NCBI GenBank assembly: GCA_002189035.1
Contig: NEEC01000012.1
Location: forward strand, 2,542,001 to 2,606,000
DNA: 64,000 bases
Direction of reading: 5' to 3'
Source of the DNA: Utricularia gibba
Lineage: Eukaryota > Plantae > Magnoliophyta
The position numbers and the translations under genes were made by a program. The notes under the pieces are model-generated. The model was given only the letters and a program-made list of their open reading frames with translations. It had not been told where the DNA came from and made no database searches. This document shows positions 1 to 12,173 of this stretch, in pieces. Position 1 is the stretch's first letter. Every line of letters begins with the position of its first letter.

Positions 1-285
1 AAAGGGTCGGGCTCGAGCCACAACCGGCGGCGGCGGCTACATGCGGTTGAGAAGGCTGGCGGTGAGTGCGGAATCGAACTTGCTCAATGAATTCGAAAGA
101 TCATTGCGAGCTCCAGGTAAGCAACCGCTGTCACGGCAGGCCTCCGACGCCGAAGGTGAATGCCGGAGCGTGAGATCCGTCAATGAAAAGGGCGTAAAAG
201 GCCACAAAGCGCGACAGCAGCAGCGTCCGCAACACAATGGGTAGGCATTTCTTCGTGTCTCCGGATCTGTTGCTTCCTCCACATA

Positions 286-423
286 TCAACGGCAATTTCT
301 ACATCAACGGCGACCGACCGACCCATCCCTCAAATCCTCAGTGAACGAAAAAAGAAGAAACGCATATGGGCCTGATATTAATCAGGCCCATTCCCCTTCA
401 TTGAAAAATCTCGCTCAGGCCCA
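286..423. promoter_or_regulatory. Core promoter-like segment: two MSA-like TCAACGGC motifs and palindromic site II (TGGGCC) elements
   Basis: TCAACGGC at 286-293 and 304-311; perfect 11-bp inverted repeat ATGGGCCTGAT-atta-ATCAGGCCCAT at 366-391; a further AGGCCCA near 417-423. Motif identity is from established plant cis-element knowledge; the target gene is unclear. Confidence 0.5.
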
Positions 424-3304
424 GCTCACATTTAAATTCCCATTTTTTATCTTATAATAAAAGAAAAAAAAGATTTTTTCAGAAGCAATCGTCTCCATCA
501 TCTGGTTCCCATCGTTAGGGTTTTCCTACTGTCCATACTAATAATGATCTCAAGTTCTAGGGTTTGATGCTTCGCGGTCCCGGAGCTCGCTCTCCCCCTC
601 GCAAGAATGTCGCTTCATTTTCCTCTCTCGTAGCCCCTCCCCATCCCGATCTTCGTTCCTATTCCCCGGCCCATGCCGCCATCTCCTTCTCTGGAATTTC
701 CGGCAGCCGCTTCGATCCTCCGGAATCGCGAACTGGGTAATTGTTCCAAAGGGTTTTCCGTAAGTGTGCATTAATTAATTCCATTATCTACAATTTCAAT
801 GTGTTTTTTAAATAACATAATTGAGAATGCCACTTTCCCTTCAAAAGCGCATTTGTAGACCAGACCCTATAATAAGGGCATGTGCTGCAAAAAAAATTCA
901 TTTTTATTTTGAAAATAGATAATTTTTAATATTTATTTTTCGTATGTCCAATAATCACACAAAAAATTATACATATTCTGCCTTATATTTATTTAAAATT
1001 TCATTTAATAATTAATAATTTATTTGATGTATGAAAGAATATATTTAAAAACGAATATCGTATCAACGATATTGTTATGTGATACATAATATCAAATTAT
1101 AATTATTATTGTTACTATATTTAAATATAAAAAAAACAATATCGTTTATCCGTGACATAGTAAATAATATTATAATATTTTAAAGATATATTAATAAAAA
1201 TTTCTAAAGAAATACTTGAATTAGTTAAATTAAAAATAATGCAATTAAAAGATATTGCAATGCAGCCCAATGTACAAACAAATATGAAATTATTGATTTC
1301 ATGATTTCCTTTCCAACATCGCATGGCTTTTCCTATACTAAGAAATGGGGTGCCATAAGGGCTTCTACTATGTTAAAAAATCATCAAGAAGTCATTGGAT
1401 GATTGAACGTTCGTAAACGAGCATGAATTTCGGTTCAAAATAAAATTTTGAAATAATATGGTATGGATCTACGGGATTGAAACGGTTTGGAAGATGTCGC
1501 GTTTTACCATTCACCCATAACAAAATGTTCATCCATGTTGAAAAGTATTGAGTATTATAATTTACAGCGTATATAGGAATAGTAATTTAAGGTAGATGCC
1601 AAGGTATTCAATGTGGCAGGTGGCCGTAACGCCTGGTCCCGAAGAATTAAGTATTGATCACTGATTAGAGAGAGACTGATGCCATCTTATTTTATTAATT
1701 TTTCATATAAAATATTTATAAATAATAATTTTATTTATTATATGACAATTAGAGACAGTTAACTCAACTTGTGCAAACATTTTACCACAGCAAACTCTTC
1801 ATTATTTTTAGCATTAAAAAAGCGAAAATAGAATATTATGTGGGTTTAAAATAATATTATATATTATATAATATTTTATTCATAGATTTAATAAAATATA
1901 GATTACACCGATTTTTTTAATTCTATGTACATGGATTTATTTATAAACATTCCTTTCGTATTTTACTTTAAATCAATTAATATCATTTCTAATTTCAATA
2001 ATTAATACAATACCTAAAATATTACTTCTAATATATAATGAAATAAACATTATTTTTAATATATTTATTCTAAAAACATGGTCAATAAGCATTCATAATG
2101 AAATAAAAATGGGAGTTATTGCCATTTTTTTATTTTTTAAAATGAAATAATAAAATATATTTGACTATGAATATAAAATTTCAATAGTATTTATTATATA
2201 TATTTTTTTAGAATATTCATTGTAATTCTTCGTATTAATTATTAGTTTATAAATTATATTTAGAAATTAGAATTTGTAATATTTTAAAAACAATAATAAT
2301 CTATTTCAATTTTTTTGGAATAAACGTATTTGATAGCTTTTATAACGTTTGTCGTTAAAAAAACAGGGAGTTCGTCCCATTTCCATGGAGGAGATCTGAG
2401 TGGTCGCTCTTCTCAATAGCTGTTTTCTGGGTAACATGCGTTTTGCATAAACAGTGTAAACTAGGGTGGATCAGTCAAAAACCAGTGGCGGAGACACAGT
2501 GTAAGGCCAGTCTTAATTGCAACAGTACAGTTGGATTCAATGAGACATTGCACACTCATCCGGTAGCTTTTTCTTTTGGCGCTTGGGATTTGTACAACTG
2601 CTTCACTTGTTGGTTCTTGGGAGTGTGGGTTCTGGTTTTCGCGTTGGGAATCTGTACTGATGTTATTTCTCTTTTGGAACCTTGTGAATTATCTTCTGAG
2701 CTGATAAGGCTCACTGGACTGTGTGGGTCACACAAGAGTAATTGTGAATGAGGTTGAGAAAATGGTGAATTTTTCTGCGTTGTTTTTGCTTTAAAGCTGT
2801 TCTTGTTGTTGGGTTTATTTTATATTGCGTCCCATGTGTTTTGATGCCTTGCATTTAGTGTCCTTGTAAAACTTGCAGTTTGGAGAAGAGGTTTCTTAGC
2901 ACAGGACAGCAGAGCATTTTTCCTCCATGGGAAAGATTGAGGATGAACAGTGACATTAGAGTTCTTGATTCCTGCCAAGATCATCAACTCGGCTACATTC
3001 CAATCTCTCACATGTTGGCGGTGAAAACATGCTCCACGGGTATAAAGCTTCATTCTTAATCTAGTTTTTGATCAAGAAAGCAGTTGAAAAATTTGATGAA
3101 AAGAATCACATATGATTCTAAAATGTTTTATTGCTTCTAGCAGATACTTGTGGAAAGCAATACCATACTGCTAACGTCGGTAGAGAATGCAGAGAGATTC
3201 AAGTAATGATTTTTCCTGTCTAGGAATCTAGTGGTCTTTTGGAGGAAAAAAACTGGGCTACGTAAAACTGAAATGTTCTTTCTTTCAAATAGATTGAACC
3301 ATAC

Positions 3305-5749
3305 ATGGCTAGTGCTGGTTTTGATTCTGTTTCTGAGGATGGATCCCAGAAGTTAGCTAAACAACGACTTCTTGGGACTCAGGTGGATGGAGAAATTGCG
3401 GAACTTCTGGCGAAAACTCACACAAGTGCAGGAAATAACAAGAATGAACCTCATCAGCAGCCATCGAGATCTCCCCCCTATCATCATTTGCCTTCAGCTT
3501 CAGGTGAAATGCCATTGAACAAGCTGGTATTTGGTGCAGGGTGTGAGGCTGATCGGGTTCATCCAAAGGAAAGTGATCTTCTGCAGAGGGGTGACTCTCA
3601 TAGAGGTTACCATGAGGTTGATAAGATCAGCAAGTATAGGGACAAATACTTTGCTTACCAAATCTTTCTTGCTAGAAAGTTTGCCAATGAAGCAGGGATG
3701 AGGTTGAAGCAGAATTCATTATCGGGTGAAAGAAGTGATATTTTGGGATTCTTCCAAGAGAAGGATTCATATATTTCAGGCTTAAGAAAGGCTTCATCAT
3801 GCTCTCCACCAAATGAAGTAACAATTCGATCAATTTTAGCAGCTAAAGTAGCAGAATATGAAGGTTTCTGTGAGAGGAAAAGAAACACAGTTGCTCCTCA
3901 AAATGGAAAATCAAAGAGTACTGGTAGAATTGTTGTACTGAAACCAGCTGGAAATGTTTCCGAGCAGCAAACAAACCATTGTTCACCGCTGACTTCTAAG
4001 GCTTCTGCTGATAAAATTGTTGTACTGAAACCAGCTGGAAATGTTTCCGAGAAAGTGGCCTGCGATTGTTCATCAATAGCCTCTAAAACATTGCAAAGTA
4101 GAAGAAGACAGAATACACAAGGAAGCAGCCCCTTGGTCTTCAATAGAGTGAAAAAAAAGATGGGGTCTGCAATAGAGGTTTTATCAAGAAATGGCTCTTC
4201 TAATAGAGAATCTAAGAGTTTCAGCTCTCCCTTGGTTCCGGTCATAGATTCATGCATCACAAGGGAACATGTTTCATGGAAAAATGTGGATACAGGTCAG
4301 GCAATGTGCAAGGCGACTGCAGTCTCAGGTATAGAAAAACTAGATCTTGACATGGTTTTGGAGGCAAAGTGGCAGCTTTCACTTGGATGCATCAATAGGC
4401 AAAATGAGCAGACTTTTCAGGTCAAACAAGTCCCAAAAAAGTTACGTAGTATTCTTTCTTCACCTGAGAGTACCTCTAGCCAGAAAATGGCCAGCTACTA
4501 TGATACTTCTGGTTTTCCTACAATGCAGTATAGTAATAAAAACATCTGTGGTAAGATCATCAACTCAAGTCCCGGATGGCGAAATGGAATGAAAAATGTT
4601 TGTGTGTGTACCGAAGGAAAAAGAACAGATACTTCATCTTGTAAAAATCGCAACAAATCCAATGAGATAGGGAGGACAACAAAGGCAAGCCCTCAAGATT
4701 GGAGACCATTTATGAAGTGCGGCAATCTTTCTAGAATCATGCGGCCAACTGTAATCGAATCACACAAAGATCATACGCTGCATTCCAGATTGGTATGTAG
4801 GAGCTCCTTTTCTGACTGTATTCCAATGAGAGATTTTCTCAAGAAAACATAAGAAATGATCATGGTTACCCTGCAGGATTCGCCTTCGGAGAATGAGCCT
4901 ACATCAACGATGGATGAGCTATCATCTACTTCTTTAGGCATCTTCAAGTTACAGCTAGCTGGTAGCGTTAAACCCCACAAAGAATACCAGAGTCCAGTGT
5001 CTGTTTTTGAGCCCTTTGTGGTAAAAAAATGCTTCAACTCAGCAGGAATCTCACATTACAAAGGTGAGTTGGCATAAAACCATACAGTAATTCTGAGATT
5101 TTTAGATTCACTCCTGGATCATAAGAACATATTATGAAACCATATTGATAACTGTTCAAAATTTCTTACAGGTGAAAAGAAATTAGAGCCTATTCATCTT
5201 GAATTTGATAAATGCTTATTAGATACATCCCCTGAGAAGGAAGGGAGAAATAAAGATGTTTGTGTAGAACGCAGTCATCTGTCTGACTATGTGCAGAAAG
5301 TGTTACAAGCATCCCACTTAAATAGGAATGAGGCATCGGCAATCGAGTTTCCACCGCAAAAGCTTCTCCAAGAGTCATTGATACATGAAGTTGATATTTT
5401 GCCTGATAATTGCTACTTTCAACCAAAGCTCCTGTTTGACCATATAAACGAAGTTTTGATGGAGATACTGGAGCCCCACTACAGCTCTGCTCTGATGCCG
5501 GCATTCTTCAAACCAAAAAAGATCGCATCACTTGCTGGAGCTGTATTGGATCAGATCATGGACCATGCAGATTTCTATATCCTCCCTTTTACCAAAAAGA
5601 GAAATTCGGGTCACTTAGTATCAGAAGATATGAAGAGATGTAGGTCATGGTTTGACATTCGACTGGATATTGAAATTATAGTCAATAGCATATCTGAAGA
5701 CGTGCTCAATGAGTTTGTAGTGAACATGCTCCTTGAGTTTCTTGACTGA
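3305..5749 (+). CDS. TON1-recruiting-motif (TRM/LONGIFOLIA-like) DUF4378 protein; exons 3305-4792, 4877-5063, 5172-5749 (5' end uncertain)
   Basis: IVVLKP motifs, SPVSVFEP motif, C-terminal DUF4378-like 'KLLFDHINEVL...WFDIRLDIEIIVNSISEDVLNEFV'; GT-AG introns 4793-4876 and 5064-5171 join the ORFs in frame. Confidence 0.85.
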
Positions 5750-6005
5750 AACACTTTGTTGATAATTCAAGATTATTTTTCTTTTCAGTTCGCTTCATTA
5801 AGTGTATATGCTTAAACATAATCCCTTCAGAGTTACATCATGCAGAGAGTGAAATTGCGGCCTTTAAATAAATTGCAATTGTCATAGCTACACAGAGACA
5901 ACAATATTCTCACAGCTACACAGAGACTACAATAAAAGAAGCAAGAAACTTTGCTTGTCATTAGCGTTAGTCAATTACACATTTTCTTACTAGCCAGTGG
6001 GCTCT

Positions 6006-8618
6006 TCAACTCTTTGATATCACTTTTAGGAGAGCTTGCTTGACAGCATTTGCAGATGGAGCTTTCAATCCCTCGCACTGCAACATTAAAGTGCATTTGA
6101 TATTTTTGCATATCAGGCATTGCATTTTAGCTCAGAAACCTAAATCTAGTCGACATTAGGATAACGAACCTTGGCCTTTAAAGTCATGGACAGATTCCCA
6201 CCAGCATTAGAGGCTTCAAATGTTTGAATATCCAGATGTATCTTGCACAGCGTCTCGATGACTTCATTGATCATATCGTTCGTCCAAGAACATCTTATCT
6301 CAATCAAAATATCCTTGTCCAACACCTGCACTGCAATATCACCTGCCGCTGATTCTTTAAACCTTGCTTTCTTTTTTTTACCCCCGGTCTTATCAGTTTC
6401 ACAGACCTTCTTCATGCTCGTTGAAATCTTCCTTTTGCTTGAGCCATAGTTATCAGAAGTCCTCTCTAGAGTATCTTGAGTGTGCTGTGTAGTAGATTCT
6501 AGCTCCATGGCCTCTTTCTGAGATTCCAGTACTTCTACCTTCCGCTCTAGCCCCTTTATATGCTCTATTGTATGATCAAGAAGTGACACTCTGTTGATCT
6601 TCCTTCCGGATGCTATAAGTGATCCAAGAGTCAAGAATCGACTGTTTATTTTCTCTCTGCGCTTCCTTTCGGACACCACATGATTATCATTTTCATCAAC
6701 TACTTGTTTGGAGTTACAGCTCTGTTTAGCTGCTTCAGACTTGCAAATTTCATGCAATTTAGGTATGTCAGTGAGCACCTTCTTTAGCATCTTTTGTGGT
6801 GCTGTGCCACTTGGGACTTGGATCCTATGAGCATCCTTGGACCAGCTAACAAAGCTTGATTTTCTTCTCTCTTTTTTGAAATAATGTCCTAGAATGAATT
6901 GCTGGGAACCCATTGACAGATGGGAAAGCACGCGGAGGTAGTGCATGTCAGTCTCTTTCAAATCACCAGAGTTTCTCTGGTTGAACTCCTGAGTTACATC
7001 CACCCCTCTTGTTTCCATCTCTGTAACAATCATCTCTCGATCCTCACACATTTGAGAAATACAATCACTGGAGTTCATTGAGCTGTTTTGGCAATGGCAA
7101 ATTGCATCATCATCCATGAATTCAAGATTATGCATCTCCCCTTCAACCAAGTTTGAATCTTCTCTCCACAGATTGTCCACTAAATCGTCTGAGCAGTTGT
7201 TTGAAGAGTGTACATCAGTGTTTTGAAAATCAAGGAGATGATCGAGATCATCTCCAGGAATGCCATCCTGGCCAGAATCATGGCCTGTTGTGATATTTCT
7301 TGTGTAATTATTTGGATTCATTGGAACAGTTGCACAAGAACTGCTGAGAAAATTCATCTTCACCTTCTTTATCAGATTCATATCCTCCTGAACCTTAACA
7401 CACACACACACACACAAGATTTAGTTACAATATCAAGAAAGGTTAACACAAGAAATGACATACTATTTCGGTTGTTCCCAGCTCGATCACTCCATCCAAA
7501 TGAGGAAAGCATACTATAGTCTGCACCTCAAGATCAAGACATTCTGTTAACATTCAGTTGCGTTTTCTTGTTTGCTACAAAAGTAACCACCTTAACACAT
7601 GCAGTCGGCTTTGCCAAAAAGCAAATCTAATTCTGTGACATTTTAGTTCTTATTCAAGAAGATCATTACCTGGATAGCTGCACTCTGTCAGAATCCATGG
7701 GGAGCCCAGGAAGCCAGATGTTGCAGAATTAAAGAGGCAACAACAACAAACGGACTCAGTAATCTTAACAAAATTTTTCGGGTTTGAGTCAGTATTGATA
7801 AAATACGAATAAAAGGAAACCACTTGCCTCTGCAAGCAATGCACGAGGGAAGAGTTTTATGTCTGCAAGGTGAAGATTTTGCAGCCATATTGGTTTATTC
7901 CCAGCTAATGCCATCCCAGGCAACCTTCAGAAGGCAAACAAACTCAGGAACATTGATACAATGTAGATGTGCATAATTCAAATACAACAACAAGAAAGGA
8001 GAATGTTAAGCAACCATCTGAAAACAAACCAAAGTGCTAGAAGGAAATTTACCCTTGCCCGGTTTCAAACTTGAATAACATACACACCAAAAAGTACCAC
8101 TCAGCATTTGAGAGATCTTCAGGCACCAAAGCAGCAGCAGGCCTTTTTGCTGGAGGGCTGTTTTCTCCAAGCAATAGACTCTCATAAAGTTCTCTCAACT
8201 GATCACTTCTCTGCAACCCCAGTTGGTCAGCATTCGATTCCACTGTCTGAACAGTCTTTCTTGTTTTAATCTCCCCATTGAAGTACCCATCACACCATAC
8301 CAATCTCCTTCAAAGATCACGTTTTTACAATGTCAACCAACCATAATGAAGTACCGAACATACTTCTAAGGCTTCAAACAGCATCAGCATGCTTCCCAGG
8401 AACAAAATTTCTTGAAACAAGAGCTACTTTCACTAGAACATAGAAACAACAGAAGCTGCGATCCGGAGATCCAAGAATCAACAGTACCCGGAGTGCTCAG
8501 GAGAGATCGACCAGAAGATTGCATAGCTCCACTCGATATTTCTCACAGCAAGAGCAAGCTGCTTCTTCAAATTCAAATGTTGTGAAACTTCCTCCTGGTC
8601 ATGATTCTGAGCATCCAT
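6006..8618 (-). CDS. GL3/EGL3-like: R/B-type (subgroup IIIf) bHLH transcription factor, GL3/EGL3/JAF13-like; exons 8618-8488, 8307-8053, 7924-7828, 7684-7670, 7520-7464, 7393-6170, 6077-6006
   Basis: MYC_N domain (AVRNIEWSYAIFW; WCDGYFNGEIKTRKTVQ; LRELYESL; EWYFLVCM), bHLH basic region NHVVSERKRREKIN, C-terminal ACT-like region; all exons join in frame. Confidence 0.92.
7399..7416. repeat. (CA)n/(TG)n microsatellite at the bHLH intron 5 acceptor
   Basis: Run of CA dinucleotides directly visible. Confidence 0.95.
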
Positions 8619-9494
8619 TGTTCAACAATCTTCTCCACCTAACACATCACCACTTCCATAGATAAACAGATCAACACAAACATAAAAACAGAAAAATGAA
8701 CCTTCCGAGAAGGATATCCGGAGATGAAACACAAGACAAAAATGACAAACCCTAGGATCTCAGTTTGTCGGTCACTGCTTATGTTCGGAAAACGCCAGAA
8801 CCCTCGGAATCTTGCGCATCCCTCTTCCCTATTTCCATGAGCTGGTTCAATGGCCAGAAGTCAGAAGCACGTGAAAGAGACTGAAACCATCGTACCAAAG
8901 ACGAAAAACGCCTCATGCTATATATATTTTAAATGAACTCAGATGTGCATGACTGCCAATTGAAGCTCATATTATTTAGAAACGTGATACACGCCGTTAG
9001 GTGGTTTGTACAAAAAAAAAAAAAAAAAAGGTTGAATAATCAATCAATCATTTTTTTATTCTGTATAAAATTCCAGTATATTCGCCTTTAAATGGTGACA
9101 TTATATTATATAGTATACATTATTTTTTTTATCATTAAATACCATATACATTATTTACTTTTCACAAAAATAATAATATTTCATATTATATCTTTTGAAG
9201 ATGTTTTAGAACATACTATAGCTTTTGGATTGACTAAAATTCAAAAAAAAAATGTTTAATATATATGTTTGGAATAAAAATAAACAATAATTCATTAAAA
9301 AAACTGAAGAAGAATTTTAAATTATAAAGTATTTTACAAATGAAGAGTGTATCAAGGTACATTCTAGAAGTAAATATAGTTAACACAGGTATGTTTCAAG
9401 AGATAACACACAATCTAATGTTGGAACATAACATGTTCAAGAACTAAGATCTGGAGACTCGCTCAGCTTGGATGAAGCCGTAAGCTATCTGGGT

Positions 9495-10632
9495 TCAGGG
9501 ATAATGAGATAGCCTGTTCACTGCCGATTCCAGGACCTCGACGTGCCTCCGCAGAGTCTTTCTGAAGGCCTCATTCAGGAAACATCAAGAGTTCACACGT
9601 AGAGAAAGACTATGCACAGCAGATGAGCATGTGGTAAAAGAATGGAAAACGCGCATAGGGAGGGAAAAGCCGCATCAGTAGTTTAGTTTTTACTGAGCCC
9701 ACAAGAGCCACTCATCCCTCCCTGTATATGCACGGATCCGGGAATGCTTGTTAGCAATGCTGTTGCTAATACATGGAATTTAAGCACCAAGTGTACAAAA
9801 TGTGGGATACAGTCGAGAAGCCAGGACATCCATGCCCTTCATTTCTTCATTCAATCTGCAACAAGAAACACTTCCTCTTAGCCAATACCATTTTGGAAAA
9901 TGTAGGTTTTACGCTTGGATGAATGAAAGTGGTGAAGGATACAAAGTGAAGCAACAACAGGCCGATCATTTCTGGTGAAACGAGGAACAAGTTCCAAACC
10001 TTAGACAAGAATTTATGAATCTGCTCCCTTTTGCTGAGGCATCAAGAACTGCCACATAACATCACGAGCAAGCTTAAAAACTGGAACAAAAAAACCATGT
10101 AACCAGACAGCACATCAAGGCAAATGATGTGTACCACATTCTTGAAGCCGACCAGTTGCATCACTCAGGCAATTCATGTGATCAACCGTAGTGCCAGTTG
10201 CCTAACAATCGCATGAGATAAGGAAACACACTAGTTGAAATAGAAACCTCAGATAAAAATCAAATCTTTCTCAGAAAAGAACGAGCCCATGTGCACCATT
10301 TTAAGCTCATCTAAATCAAGAATAAATAGAGCTTGTTAGCCATATAACTCGCTACCCGCAAATTATAACTCTTAAACCCACAAAACAACGGCAAGGAAAA
10401 AGAAAGTAAAAAAATCAGCAACCTGAGAGAGCGCATCACGAAGAGAGGCAAAGAGAGATGTGAAACTCTCGGCTATTACCACTGAATCCTTCTCCACACT
10501 CTCCAAGGCCCTTAAAATCTCCTCACGACTATCAGATGCCTCAGGTTTGACCAAATCACCGCCGTCCAATTGGTGATCGGCGACCACTTCCGGCGCATCC
10601 GAACCGCCGACTATCCCATCCTCCCTATCCAT
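9495..10632 (-). CDS. Small coiled-coil protein, probable BLOC-1 subunit 3-like; 5 exons
   Basis: Exons read MDREDG...EEILRALESVEKDSVVIAESFTSLFASLRDALSQ / ATGTTVDHMNCLSDATGRLQEC / VLDASAKGSRFINSCL / RLNEEMKGMDVLASRL / KTLRRHVEVLESAVNRLSHYP*, with GT-AG junctions. Family name is from memory. Confidence 0.65.
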
Positions 10633-11287
10633 TCACAGACAAAAATACTAGCAATGATACATAAACTATCTTCCAACCATCTCCAGTGCGCCTCTTTCCA
10701 GCCTTCCCCGTTGATTCTAACCTATTAAACTAATCGACCACGACGATACACGGCGTAAAGTGTATTTAACATATTGAAATATCATCTTATTCCAAAAAAG
10801 CTGATAATTTTCAACTATAGAAAATTATATACGCCAATTTCATGACGGGCCGCGTCAGATCTCCGCCCACGGGCCCGAACCAGAAAAGCCTCTATTTCCC
10901 TCATGGCGCACACGAAGCCGCCGGAAAACCGTACGAGCCACAGAAACGCAGGCCCGCAAGCTCTGTGTTTCATTTCAAGCTCAACGCCGCTGAAAAAGTC
11001 CTTCCGGTGCTGGAAGTTGGAAATTCCTTCTGGCCTGAGGATGTTGTACAATTCCTAGGGATCGTGGGGTTGTACATCATTGAAAAAGGTGAGGTTTCTG
11101 GTTTCTGAGGTGGAGTTTGGGACTCATCGTGAGAGCATTTGCTATTGATTCAGAGGGTTACTTTGACCGGAGCATAGAAAAGAAGGAGCTCTGTGCGTCA
11201 TTCAAGATTGTTGTTGTTCGATGTGTTGTAGACTGTTGTTTGAGTCATTTAAAGGCGACTTGGTTGAGGTCCATTTGATGGGTTAAG

Positions 11288-12173
11288 ATGGTTGATACAA
11301 CTACTGCAACTTCCCTCCTGGGGAGTCAGCCGATTTATGGGAGTTCGCCGTTGCTAAGAAGGTACAGTGAGCGGCTTGTTACGTCAATGACGAAGGGTCA
11401 AGCGGGAAGGAGGTAGGAAATTTGGACATGGAGCTGACACAAGTGTGGATTGCAGACGTCGCCAATGGCCTCCAGCAAATAAGGCTGATTATCCTGCACT
11501 CTGCAATCCGTTGCCTCGACAGGAAAGGATGAGCTGTGGATGGTTAGGTGTGGGAAGAAGGAAAATCATTGTTTCGTTCTGAGGATGGAAGGTATGAAGA
11601 ATGAGCAGGCGATCGCTGAAGTTCTTTGCTGGTCAAGAGGATGGCATGTAGGAAGTAGGAGATTTACCAAGGTTTGCAGGGTGGGACTTACAGATCCCGT
11701 TCAGGTTCAAAGGAATTCGTGAATGCTCTACGCATCACAAGTTACCGGTGGCTGTGGTCTCGGCACGGCCCAGAAAATCCATTGAGAACGCCACTGGTGC
11801 CATTGGTATTTGCAGTCATTGTTGCAGCAGAGGATGTCCACCGGGGAAAGCCTGATCCTGAGGTGTTATGTACGCTTCTCAACTTCTGAAGTTCATTCCA
11901 GAGAGGTGCATTGTCTTCGGCAACTCGAAGCGAACAGTCGAGGCTGCGCATGATGCACGAATGACTTGTGTTGCCGTTGCAGGCAAACACCGCTTGGATG
12001 AGCTTTCTGTGGTTGACCTGAAGAACCTCGCCGATATTGAATCAGGTGAGCCCGAGTTGGCGATGGGAATCGAGACAGAAGATGATCCAATCCCTCCTGC
12101 AGCCGTAGGCTCTGATCAGATCCCATGTGGGAAGCACCTTGAAATGTATATAAATTTAATCTGGAAACTCTAA
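11288..12173 (+). pseudogene. PYRP2-like: Pseudogene of plastid HAD phosphatase PYRP2 (5-amino-6-ribitylamino-uracil phosphate phosphatase; At4g11570-like)
   Basis: Recognisable fragments in shifting frames: MVDTTTATSLLG, WPPANKADYPALCNPLPRQERMSCGWLG, EGMKNEQAIAEVLCWSR, AAEDVHRGKPDPE, FIPERCIVFGNS..TVEAAHDARM, RLDELSVVDLKNLADIES. In-frame TAG at 11414-11416; several frameshifts and deletions. Confidence 0.85.

Noticed and set aside
1-282. ORFs 37-282 (-) and 41-244 (+)
   Set aside because: No recognisable domain in any frame; the minus ORF starts at GTG; truncated by the window edge, so strand and product cannot be supported.
780-2340. AT-rich spacers here and at 30900-31750, 34370-34640, 39000-39600 and 59140-59410 as MITEs
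   Set aside because: Only short imperfect inverted words; no paired TIR plus TSD could be established.
10842-11108. 88-aa ORF upstream of the PYRP2 pseudogene
   Set aside because: Overlaps promoter (site II motifs) and leader exon; no known motif.
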